Virus record (IMG/VR): IMGVR_UViG_3300030012_001854
Location: 1 to 25,275 of that record
Origin: a virus
Lineage: Duplodnaviria; Caudoviricetes
Reading direction: 5' to 3' (one strand)
Length of the DNA: 25,275 bases
The notes under the pieces were generated by a model that saw nothing but the letters and a program-made list of their open reading frames with translations, was not told the DNA's origin and ran no database searches. Of this stretch, positions 1 to 7,342 are shown piece after piece; positions within the stretch are counted from its first letter, which is position 1, and every line of letters begins with the position of its first letter. The position numbers and the translations under genes are program-made.

Positions 1-825
1 CCTAAAATAAAAAAACCAAAGGCAAGTTTTTTTGTAGCTATATCTGATCTACAACTAGGTAAAAGAGATGGTGGTGGTACAGAAGCAATAGTAAAAAGAT
101 ACCTGGAAAAGATAGACACAGTACGAGATAGATATAATTTTTTACGGAAGGCAGGTGTCAAGTTAGATCAACTTACAGTCATAGGACTCGGTGATATTGT
201 CGAAGGTTGCGTTGGCTTCTACCCCCAAGCTATGGGACCTAACGGTGTCGAGTTAGATTATCGTAATCAAATGAAGTTAGCTAGAAGATTGATTGCTAAG
301 TCATTAATAGAATGGTCAAAAGATTTTGATGTAGTTGTAGTCGGTGCAGTTCCCGGAAATCATGGTACTAAAAGAATTGCAAAAAACTTAGCACCTACAG
401 GTGAGATGGACAACTATGACATAGAAGTGTTTGAACAGATAGCAGAAATATTTGCAGACAAACCACAGTTTGATCATATAAAATTTGTAATACCTGATGA
501 ACCACATTTATCATTAAACGTTTGCGGGACCAACATGAGTTTTACGCACGGACATTTGGCGGGCTTCTCTGGATCAGTAGAAAATAAACTTATGACTTGG
601 TGGAAGAACCAGACATTTGGCGGCTTCCATGCAGGTGCTAGTAGTATACTTGTTACAGGTCACTACCATCATCATCGTGAATTACATGACGGGCGTACAT
701 GGATACAAGTTCCTGCACTAGATGAGAGTACTTGGTTTGAACAGCAAGCAGGTAAGAAGACTAAGCAGGGCATAATGACAATGGTAGTAGACAAGAATGG
801 ACATAATAATAAAGAGATTGTATGA
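1..825 (+). CDS. Calcineurin-like metallophosphoesterase (Mre11/SbcD-fold), 5' end outside window
   Basis: Frame is open from base 1 (PKIKKPKASFFVAISDLQLG...), upstream of the track start at 232. Motifs in order: SDLQLG, GLGDIVEG, VPGNHG, FTHGH, TGHYHH. Confidence 0.88.
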   Translation, partial: PKIKKPKASFFVAISDLQLGKRDGGGTEAIVKRYLEKIDTVRDRYNFLRKAGVKLDQLTVIGLGDIVEGCVGFYPQAMGPNGVELDYRNQMKLARRLIAKSLIEWSKDFDVVVVGAVPGNHGTKRIAKNLAPTGEMDNYDIEVFEQIAEIFADKPQFDHIKFVIPDEPHLSLNVCGTNMSFTHGHLAGFSGSVENKLMTWWKNQTFGGFHAGASSILVTGHYHHHRELHDGRTWIQVPALDESTWFEQQAGKKTKQGIMTMVVDKNGHNNKEIV

Positions 826-905
826 ACGACAACGCGTGGATAATACTTGATGATGGATCGCGCGTACACGTGTCTTGGATAGATACAGAGTTTGAGGAGG
901 AGTAA
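822..905 (+). CDS. 27-aa micro-ORF MNDNAWIILDDGSRVHVSWIDTEFEEE
   Basis: ATGA overlap with the upstream stop; hand translated; TAATG-coupled to the next ORF. Confidence 0.5.
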   Translation: MNDNAWIILDDGSRVHVSWIDTEFEEE

Positions 906-964
906 TGGGCGGACCTGATTTAGATATAGAGTTTGCTTTAGCAAAATCACAAGAAGAAGAATAA
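905..964 (+). CDS. 19-aa micro-ORF MGGPDLDIEFALAKSQEEE
   Basis: TAATG overlap; SD GAGGAGG at 894-900. Confidence 0.4.
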   Translation: MGGPDLDIEFALAKSQEEE

Positions 965-969
965 CGCTA

Positions 970-1040
970 CAAATGAATAAGTCGGTCTCACAGGACCGAC
1001 TCATTCGGAAGGAGATAACAACGTTAAGATGTTATCTGAT
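970..1040 (-). ncRNA. Candidate anti-RBS small RNA (leftward)
   Basis: Minus strand reads hairpin AGAUAACA/UGUUAUCU, then CCUUCC, then a 13-bp hairpin (975-1006) that pairs fully (one G.U) only on the minus strand. Promoter immediately upstream. Confidence 0.55.
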
Positions 1041-1046
1041 CTTCCT

Positions 1047-1075
1047 AATATAACACATGCTATAATTAAGTGCAA
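1047..1075 (-). promoter_or_regulatory. Sigma70/SigA-type promoter, leftward
   Basis: TTGCAC (1075-1070), 17 nt, TATATT (1052-1047), with extended TG. Confidence 0.6.
1058..1066 (+). promoter_or_regulatory. Extended -10 promoter, rightward
   Basis: TGcTATAAT exact extended -10 consensus; no clear -35. Confidence 0.6.
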
Positions 1076-1080
1076 TCAAT

Positions 1081-1149
1081 TCACTGATAGAGGTTTCCTC
1101 CTTTACTCTATCGTGACACCAGGTTATTTTATTTTAATCTGGTGTGTCA
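1081..1149 (+). ncRNA. Two-hairpin RNA or 5' leader with anti-SD loop
   Basis: Stem TCAC-t-GATAGAG/CTCTATC-GTGA with loop GTTTCCTCCTTTA (1093-1105). Second stem ACACCAGGTTA/TAATCTGGTGT (G.U on + strand). Confidence 0.55.
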
Positions 1150-1184
1150 GTAAAATCTAGTATATAATTATATTGGAGGTAGTA

Positions 1185-1418
1185 ATGACTGCAATTAATA
1201 CTACATTTGATAGTAATGGTATGTTTGCCAAGTTATCTGATTCTGTTGGTGATACAGGACGTGGTTTTATCGTGTTCTGGAAAAGCAATCCAACATACAT
1301 AGATAGTATAAGTGGTTTACGTAATTGGTTACGTAGGCATGGGCTATACATAGAGACGTTTGAGTTTACAGGTGTCTTACATTATGTATTTGTAGCGTCA
1401 GAACGTGGCGGCGACTAA
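1185..1418 (+). CDS. Hypothetical protein
   Basis: ORF track 1173-1418; ATG 1185 preferred because SD GGAGG lies at 1175-1179. Confidence 0.75.
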   Translation: MTAINTTFDSNGMFAKLSDSVGDTGRGFIVFWKSNPTYIDSISGLRNWLRRHGLYIETFEFTGVLHYVFVASERGGD

Positions 1419-1421
1419 CAC

Positions 1422-1700
1422 ATGAACATATTTACAAATCAAAAGGAGTTAAAGAAGTGGGCTATATCTATGGCTAATGCTTGTGGCGGCATGGAAGTAG
1501 TACAAAATAATATAATTAAAAAGCAGAGTCCAAAAAAAGTAGAAAACTTAACAATAAAATTTGTGTCTGATTACAATGCTATGGTTAAGATAGCTATGGA
1601 AAAGATAGCAAAGGACACAATTATAGAGAATGGATTAGAACCAATTTCAGATGAACTAAAAGAAGAACTTAAAACAAAAGGAAAAGAAGGAGATATATAA
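1422..1700 (+). CDS. Hypothetical protein (92 aa)
   Basis: ORF packed between neighbours; TAATG overlap with the next gene. Confidence 0.75.
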   Translation: MNIFTNQKELKKWAISMANACGGMEVVQNNIIKKQSPKKVENLTIKFVSDYNAMVKIAMEKIAKDTIIENGLEPISDELKEELKTKGKEGDI

Positions 1701-2479
1701 TGGCATGGCAAGATGAGTACGATCAAGTAGAAGATAGACTTAAAAAGTTTTGGAAGGACAATCCAAACGGAAGAGTCGATACAAAAATAATACACGTAAG
1801 TGAAGATTTTAAGAATGCAATACATAGATGTGAGATATACAAAGATATTGCAGACGAGAATCCTGTAGCTACAGGCATAGCGCAAGACCAACATGGTCCA
1901 GTAGGCGCAAACAAAACATCATGGATTGAGAACGGTGAGACATCTGCAATAGGAAGAGCTTTAGCTAATTGGAAGTACGCTGCGAAGAAGCGTCCTTCAG
2001 TCACAGAAATGCAAAAAGTGGAGAACCTAAGTGGCAACATTGAGGTTACCAAGACTGTAAGTAAAACTAGCAATAGCAATACTTACAGTCCTCCACCTAG
2101 CGTTAAAAAAAAACTTGAAGGTGCAACAACTGACGAAGACTTAGAAGGTAAATCTATACAAGAGAAGTTAGATACTATAGGTGTAGATGTAGAAGAAAAA
2201 GTAGTAGTTACAAAAGGTACAGTAGAACCTAAGTGTATAAGTTGTGACAGCGAACTATGGGACAACAGAGTAGACAAAGCAACTGGCAAGATAGGACCAC
2301 GTTATCCTGATTGGAAGTGTAAAAACAGAGATTGTAAAGCAGGTAAAAATGGTACACCACGTGTATATTACATGGAGAGTTTTAACGCAGAACAACAGGC
2401 ACCAGAAGAATGGTATATGCCAGAGTTAGTAAAGGCAAAAGACGTTGAAGAAATCAAAGAAGACGAAGCGCCGTTCTAA
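1700..2479 (+). CDS. Rad52/Sak-like single-strand annealing protein with C-terminal Zn-ribbon
   Basis: YDQVEDRLKKFW...ATGIA...ENGETSAIGRALAN pattern; C-terminal CxxC-WDNR-PDWKC-x4-C; acidic tail ending APF; SD GAAGGAG. Confidence 0.65.
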   Translation: MAWQDEYDQVEDRLKKFWKDNPNGRVDTKIIHVSEDFKNAIHRCEIYKDIADENPVATGIAQDQHGPVGANKTSWIENGETSAIGRALANWKYAAKKRPSVTEMQKVENLSGNIEVTKTVSKTSNSNTYSPPPSVKKKLEGATTDEDLEGKSIQEKLDTIGVDVEEKVVVTKGTVEPKCISCDSELWDNRVDKATGKIGPRYPDWKCKNRDCKAGKNGTPRVYYMESFNAEQQAPEEWYMPELVKAKDVEEIKEDEAPF

Positions 2480-2524
2480 AAAACATATATACAAAGGTAA
2501 TCCAAATTGGGCAGGAGATGATTG

Positions 2525-2644
2525 ATGTTTACAGTAGTAGTACAAGTAACAAGCAGCGGTGAGTTTGTCGACATAGATTTTGAAGACGCGCCTATGCACA
2601 TACCGGTAAATGTAAGACAGGAGATAGTAGATGGCGAAGAATAA
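2525..2644 (+). CDS. 39-aa micro-ORF MFTVVVQVTSSGEFVDIDFEDAPMHIPVNVRQEIVDGEE
   Basis: SD AGGAG at 2513-2517; hand translated. Confidence 0.6.
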   Translation: MFTVVVQVTSSGEFVDIDFEDAPMHIPVNVRQEIVDGEE

Positions 2645-2768
2645 AAAAGATAATCCGTTTGATGGTCCAGGAGTAAAAGTAGGATCAGAAGAGTTTAAGA
2701 ATATGGTCTTAGGTGTAATGATAAATAAACATAATAATCCTGACGAAGACTTTGATCTTACAAAGTGA
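2631..2768 (+). CDS. 45-aa micro-ORF MAKNKKDNPFDGPGVKVGSEEFKNMVLGVM...
   Basis: SD AGGAG upstream; GTGA overlap with the SET gene. Confidence 0.6.
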   Translation: MAKNKKDNPFDGPGVKVGSEEFKNMVLGVMINKHNNPDEDFDLTK

Positions 2769-3070
2769 CCTATAAACCATTACCTAGTTACCTTACAATA
2801 AAACCAAGCAAGATAGATGGACTCGGATTATTTACATTAGTTGACATTGATAAAGGTGTTAACTTAGGTGTAACGCACATTCAAGTTGACTTAGACCAAT
2901 ATCCACATGTTGATGAGATTGTGCGCACACCTTTAGGTGGTTTTATAAATCACAGTGACACACCTAATCTAAAAAAAGTACAAGACCGTAAATTATTTTT
3001 TGTATACACGATCGTTGACATACCTATGGGAAGTGAATTATGCTTGAAGTACGAATGGTATAAGTTATAG
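2765..3070 (+). CDS. Stand-alone SET-domain protein (putative lysine methyltransferase)
   Basis: SKIDGLGLF (motif I), GFINHSDTPN (NHS motif), DIPMGSELCLKY (ELxxxY). Confidence 0.88.
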   Translation: MTYKPLPSYLTIKPSKIDGLGLFTLVDIDKGVNLGVTHIQVDLDQYPHVDEIVRTPLGGFINHSDTPNLKKVQDRKLFFVYTIVDIPMGSELCLKYEWYKL

Positions 3071-3082
3071 GAAGGAGATACT

Positions 3083-3364
3083 ATGAGTATGCGAGATGAC
3101 ATACTACAAATATTATCTGACAACGAATGGCATTGTGCAGGAGAACTGTATGAGCTAGGCGTATCAGCACGTAATCGTATATCAGAGATACGACAAGACT
3201 TAGGTGAAGATTACATACTAGGTGGCGAAGGTACACCATGTAAGATACCTGGACACTATCACAAAGCAAAGAACTTGTGTATGTATAAACTCAACGATCA
3301 AGAAAAAAAACAAGAATTAATAAATAGACTGGACAATGCGATACAACTAGAATTAAATGTATGA
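3083..3364 (+). CDS. Winged helix-turn-helix DNA-binding protein
   Basis: ILQILSDNEWH...EL...ARNRISEIRQDLG pattern; RBS GGAAGGAGATA. Confidence 0.6.
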   Translation: MSMRDDILQILSDNEWHCAGELYELGVSARNRISEIRQDLGEDYILGGEGTPCKIPGHYHKAKNLCMYKLNDQEKKQELINRLDNAIQLELNV

Positions 3365-3798
3365 AGGACGTTCTAAAAACTAAAGGCGGACAAGCTGCAT
3401 GGGATTTACTTAACATGTCCGATGGTATTTTAGAAGCTATTACATATTGTGAAGAGATAGAACCTGCAGATAGAATAGGTTTTTTTCCTGGTGATACAAC
3501 AGAACACAACAGTCTATATAGAAATGTTATAAAGTTAGAACCAAACATACCTACAAAAGATTGTCCGCATTACGGCGGAGTCAAAGTCGAAATTGTTACA
3601 AGTAAAGGTGTAGGTTATATAGACTTGCTATTAGATTTTAATGATTTGTTTTCTTACCAATATGTACAACGGGGTGTGCAACTTGACTACGGTAGGTTTT
3701 ATCGCGGTGAAATGCACGCATACTTAGTAGCAGTAGCACGTGTACTGAACTCACCGAAGGCATTGAAGGAGAGAAAATTAATTAAAAAGGAAGAGTGA
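3361..3798 (+). CDS. Hypothetical protein (145 aa)
   Basis: ATGA coupling; no recognised motif. Confidence 0.75.
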   Translation: MKDVLKTKGGQAAWDLLNMSDGILEAITYCEEIEPADRIGFFPGDTTEHNSLYRNVIKLEPNIPTKDCPHYGGVKVEIVTSKGVGYIDLLLDFNDLFSYQYVQRGVQLDYGRFYRGEMHAYLVAVARVLNSPKALKERKLIKKEE

Positions 3799-4175
3799 TG
3801 AGCAAACAAAAACAACAGGGTACAAAGCTAGAAACATTCGTAGCAAAAATGTTAGATGGACAACGTATCGCAGAAGGTGGCAAGAATGACAAAGGTGACG
3901 TGTTGTTTCATTGGAATGGCAATGAGTTTTTTGTAGAGTGTAAAGCTAGGCAGAGTCTCAATGTTACACGTGAGTTAGCAAAGGCAATCAAGAAGTCAAA
4001 GTCGAACTTTACAGCGTTAGTATGGAAGCGGCTAGTAAAAACTGGCGGACAAAGAAGACAACCTGACGGCGTACCTATAATTGTATGCTTACCACTAGAT
4101 ACCTTTATAGAAATAGTTGAGACTAAAGTCGGCAATAAATTCTACGATGATCCATTTTGGTCACAGCTTCCATGA
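3798..4175 (+). CDS. Holliday junction resolvase, Hjc-type PD-(D/E)xK
   Basis: SKQKQQGTKLE, DKGDV, FFVECK motifs. Confidence 0.8.
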   Translation: MSKQKQQGTKLETFVAKMLDGQRIAEGGKNDKGDVLFHWNGNEFFVECKARQSLNVTRELAKAIKKSKSNFTALVWKRLVKTGGQRRQPDGVPIIVCLPLDTFIEIVETKVGNKFYDDPFWSQLP

Positions 4176-4369
4176 CAGATATAGATAAGATTGGAAGACG
4201 TACAGCACTAACTCTACAGAGCTTGATGGCAATAGTTGAGTATGACTACAACAGACACGAATCATGTTTAGTATGCCGGGAAAAATTTATGCACCATGTA
4301 GATGGGTTACCATGCAAGACAGATGATGAACGTAAACAAATAGTAAAACGTAATAGATGGAATGCTTGA
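4172..4369 (+). CDS. Small protein, possible Zn-binding (CLVC...HH...C)
   Basis: ATGA overlap at 4172; Cys/His cluster. Confidence 0.65.
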   Translation: MTDIDKIGRRTALTLQSLMAIVEYDYNRHESCLVCREKFMHHVDGLPCKTDDERKQIVKRNRWNA

Positions 4370-4395
4370 CTTAAATTACATTATGTAGTTAAATA
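4366..4395 (+). promoter_or_regulatory. Probable promoter
   Basis: TTGACT at 4366 with AT-rich TTAAAT/TAAATA 17-18 nt downstream, in a gap before a strong RBS. Confidence 0.45.
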
Positions 4396-4422
4396 ATAAA
4401 TATCTTTTAGGAAGGAGATAAC

Positions 4423-4596
4423 ATGAATCAATTAATAGAGAGACTAACTATTGATATTGTGACAGATGATTGCGGACCAACATATTCCGCACTGGACCAC
4501 ATACATCAATGGGTAAACGACAACGGATTAGGACAAACTATTATCCGCAGCAGTACTAAAAAACTTATATTAGTAGAGCAAGATAATGCCGAGTAA
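4423..4596 (+). CDS. 57-aa protein MNQLIERLTIDIVTDDCGPTYSALDHIHQW...
   Basis: RBS GGAAGGAGATAAC-ATG; hand translated; below the track cutoff. Confidence 0.7.
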   Translation: MNQLIERLTIDIVTDDCGPTYSALDHIHQWVNDNGLGQTIIRSSTKKLILVEQDNAE

Positions 4597-4702
4597 TGAT
4601 AAGCAAACCATAAAAGAATTACGTAAAATAAATGAAGTTTTATGGGAGTACATAAGTGAAAACGACATACCAGAAATAGATATAAGATTGGAGACGATAT
4701 GA
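4586..4702 (+). CDS. 38-aa micro-ORF MPSNDKQTIKELRKINEVLWEYISENDIPEIDIRLETI
   Basis: Fills the gap; ATGA overlap with the next gene. Confidence 0.55.
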   Translation: MPSNDKQTIKELRKINEVLWEYISENDIPEIDIRLETI

Positions 4703-4914
4703 AGATTGTACTAATTAAATCATACGAAGGTAATAGTGTTGGATATACCAGATGTAAAACAATTAGCGAAGCAGAAAACCAATTAATAGATTGGGAGAAG
4801 CAAGGACTATGCACTAACAGTGATGAGATATTTTCTTTTAGCAGCATACAAAGAGCATTTATATTTTTGTTAAAAGAAATAAATAAATTAGGAGGGACGG
4901 ATAACGCAGTATGA
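4699..4914 (+). CDS. Hypothetical protein (71 aa)
   Basis: SD GGAG; ATGA overlaps at both ends. Confidence 0.7.
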   Translation: MKIVLIKSYEGNSVGYTRCKTISEAENQLIDWEKQGLCTNSDEIFSFSSIQRAFIFLLKEINKLGGTDNAV

Positions 4915-5777
4915 GACAAGCAACGTTAAAAATAAAAATGGATACATGCGATTTACGTGTATTAAAAAACTTATGTGAGTTTGCACAAGGTATCCAAAGT
5001 GAACAATTACATAAATTAGTGTTTATATGGAAACCAGGTAACAGCTTAGAAGTAAAAGCAACTGATTCTTTTATAGCACATAGAGTTAGATTCGGTAAGA
5101 TATACAAGCCGGAAATGTATTATCAATGGAAGCGACCAACTGGCGTTCAACAAGAACTTAGACTAGAGCAGCATGATGATAAGTACATAGCAGTTGTAAG
5201 AGCTGACCAGTTAAAATTAGTATTGACACAAATACTAAAGCATAAAAAATCTACGATAGATAGCACATGCTACCTAACATATCATACAAATGAATCATTA
5301 GATTATTATTTGGAAGATGGAGTAATAAGACCAGTTGATTACGAAACATTACATGAGACTGATGGTTATAAACTATTGCACATGATGAATTTTAATTTTG
5401 ACTTTAGTGACAACAGTGAAAATTATTACAATCAATTTAATGTAAAGCCACACATACAAGTACAAGACTTAAATGTTAATACGTTAATTGATAAGATATG
5501 GACAGACGAAGACTTATCTATATACGAAGAAGTACCAGAAGTATTATCAATGACAGCGCATGTACTTATGAGAGCATGCAAAGTTTATGACGTTAATAAA
5601 ACTGGTAAGTATGATAGCCGTATGAACTGGAAGTACATGAAGAATAAATGGTATATATGGCAAAACTACTTATCCGGCGCTACCAAACACATACTACGTA
5701 AAGATAATGTACAAAGCATAGAGACTTTTGTAATGACTGGACGTAGTCTTGATGAAACTAAAATCGGCGTGATATAA
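4911..5777 (+). CDS. Hypothetical protein, possible divergent beta sliding-clamp-like fold
   Basis: ORF is secure; function rests only on LCEFA...LHKLVFIW...SLEVKATDSF resembling the DnaN ATD motif context. Confidence 0.4.
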   Translation: MRQATLKIKMDTCDLRVLKNLCEFAQGIQSEQLHKLVFIWKPGNSLEVKATDSFIAHRVRFGKIYKPEMYYQWKRPTGVQQELRLEQHDDKYIAVVRADQLKLVLTQILKHKKSTIDSTCYLTYHTNESLDYYLEDGVIRPVDYETLHETDGYKLLHMMNFNFDFSDNSENYYNQFNVKPHIQVQDLNVNTLIDKIWTDEDLSIYEEVPEVLSMTAHVLMRACKVYDVNKTGKYDSRMNWKYMKNKWYIWQNYLSGATKHILRKDNVQSIETFVMTGRSLDETKIGVI

Positions 5778-5987
5778 ATGCTAGATCCATTAACAGCAGT
5801 AGGAAGTTTGTTTAGTTTTATACTTGGATTCTTTTTTGGTTACGGTACATCACAATATAACAAGAGATTGTACATCGAAGAAAAGATAAGAGCTTTACAA
5901 ACAGAGAAGCAACATTTAAAATCACATATAGATATAGTTGAAGATATAAACTTTAACTTACGGAAGGAGAAGAACGATGAGAGATAG
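5778..5987 (+). CDS. Small membrane-anchored coiled-coil protein
   Basis: Hydrophobic N-terminus AVGSLFSFILGFFFGYG followed by a heptad-like segment. Confidence 0.7.
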   Translation: MLDPLTAVGSLFSFILGFFFGYGTSQYNKRLYIEEKIRALQTEKQHLKSHIDIVEDINFNLRKEKNDER

Positions 5988-6147
5988 ACTACTACAGTTT
6001 ATACACTCTATGACAGAACGCTTTATGCGATTCTTAATGGATAATGATTATCCTATAAAGTATGACAGTGAGTTAGTATGCCAGGAAGGTACAATATTTG
6101 ACCAGTGTTATTGCCCGATACATGATACGGAGAATAACTATGCCTAA
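5977..6147 (+). CDS. 56-aa protein with C-x8-CxCxxH cluster
   Basis: RBS GGAAGGAG at 5962; hand translated MRDRLLQFIH...VCQEGTIFDQCYCPIHD. Confidence 0.65.
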   Translation: MRDRLLQFIHSMTERFMRFLMDNDYPIKYDSELVCQEGTIFDQCYCPIHDTENNYA

Positions 6148-6424
6148 GAATGAAGAAAAATTATTAACTTACAAAGGTTATGTAGAATTTCATATTGATG
6201 TTAATAATCTTGACAATGAATTTATGGAAGCACATAGCATAGAAGAAGATGATTTAGGTGTATATATATACAAAGAAAAAAGATACACTGCGGATACGAT
6301 TGTAGATGTAATCAAAGAATGTATTGTTAATGAATGTACATCATGGTTAAATGATTTAAAAATAGGTGTAGAGCTAGGTTTATCTACAGTTATAGAAGAT
6401 GGAGTTGAATCATGGACGAAGTAA
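6140..6424 (+). CDS. Acidic hypothetical protein
   Basis: Track ORF 6098-6424; ATG 6140 has SD GGAG at 6129. Confidence 0.7.
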   Translation: MPKNEEKLLTYKGYVEFHIDVNNLDNEFMEAHSIEEDDLGVYIYKEKRYTADTIVDVIKECIVNECTSWLNDLKIGVELGLSTVIEDGVESWTK

Positions 6425-6717
6425 TTACATACGAGCAATGGAAAAAGAAGTACAAGCCACGTGTAATAAAAGCGGCAGGACCTGGAAGACAGTACGTCAA
6501 TAAAGATACGAGAGAGCCGACATATACATGGTTTGATACTAACAAAAAAGACTATGACATAATGATGGCACATGCTGAACCTAATACAGTATGGACAGAG
6601 CGTTATGATGAAGACGATAAGCCGTATCTAACTAGCGGTGTAGGAATCGTAGATAGATTTTGTTATTACGTAACAGAAGTTAGTCACGATGGAAAGGATA
6701 TAACAGTATATGGATAA
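6412..6717 (+). CDS. Hypothetical phage protein (101 aa)
   Basis: SD GGAG at 6401; packed with neighbours. Confidence 0.75.
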   Translation: MDEVITYEQWKKKYKPRVIKAAGPGRQYVNKDTREPTYTWFDTNKKDYDIMMAHAEPNTVWTERYDEDDKPYLTSGVGIVDRFCYYVTEVSHDGKDITVYG

Positions 6718-6877
6718 TTGGTTAGTGTTTGAGACTGTAACATATACACATAAAGTGACAGCAGAGACAGAAGAAGAAGCGATAAAGATAGTAAAAGGAG
6801 GAGGACAGGGACAAGATAAAACTGTAAACAGCGTAGATTTTAGTGCAACTAAATATGTATCTTTACAGAGATACTAA
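6710..6877 (+). CDS. 55-aa protein with VTAETEEEAIK motif
   Basis: Hand translated; VxAxxxEEA pattern is common in small phage proteins; SD AAGGA. Confidence 0.65.
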   Translation: MDNWLVFETVTYTHKVTAETEEEAIKIVKGGGQGQDKTVNSVDFSATKYVSLQRY

Positions 6878-6937
6878 GTCAAAGTCGTATGCTTATCAAA
6901 AGTCGGCGCTTTTATTGGTTAGATCTAAAAATTAATT

Positions 6938-7018
6938 ATGTATAAATTAAAAAAGTACCAGGAATATAAAAAGAATCTAGATGACATAAAGAAGAAAAGA
7001 GAAGCACGGAAGCAATGA
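6938..7018 (+). CDS. 26-aa basic peptide MYKLKKYQEYKKNLDDIKKKREARKQ
   Basis: ATGA-coupled to the next ORF; no SD seen. Confidence 0.35.
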   Translation: MYKLKKYQEYKKNLDDIKKKREARKQ

Positions 7019-7113
7019 AAAATATATTTATAACATTATCATTAATCAGCGGCTTTATTTTGTTAGTAGCTTTTATATGGTATGGCATGAAATATATCCT
7101 TGACCTTGATTAA
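7015..7113 (+). CDS. 32-aa single-pass membrane peptide MKNIFITLSLISGFILLVAFIWYGMKYILDLD
   Basis: About 20 uninterrupted hydrophobic residues; ATGA overlap. Confidence 0.55.
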   Translation: MKNIFITLSLISGFILLVAFIWYGMKYILDLD

Positions 7114-7128
7114 GTTTTATTCTAAACT
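7100..7128 (+). promoter_or_regulatory. Sigma70/SigA-type promoter
   Basis: TTGACC, 17 nt, TAAACT, followed by RBS AAGGAAGGAAATAAA-ATG. Confidence 0.6.
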
Positions 7129-7150
7129 TAATACAAAGGAAGGAAATAAA

Positions 7151-7342
7151 ATGACGTTTTGGGAATATCCGGAATATCTGGAAAAATCAAGCACTAAAAA
7201 TATTAGTGTATATAAAAACAAAGTTAACGGCGCTTTGATATTGCATGACGCAAACGATTTTGGAACAAAAATGGTTTATATGGGTTATGGAATACAAGAA
7301 GCCAAAAGATTATTTAAATTACATTTGAAGGGGATACAATGA
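7151..7342 (+). CDS. Hypothetical protein (63 aa)
   Basis: ATG 7151 follows a strong RBS; the track start at 7100 coincides with the -35 box. Confidence 0.75.
   Translation: MTFWEYPEYLEKSSTKNISVYKNKVNGALILHDANDFGTKMVYMGYGIQEAKRLFKLHLKGIQ

Noticed and set aside
1029-1160. 43-aa ORF downstream of GGAAGGAG at 1007
   Set aside because: SD-to-ATG spacing is about 14 nt, the SD and start lie in a hairpin, and the frame crosses promoters and stems; kept only as an alternative.
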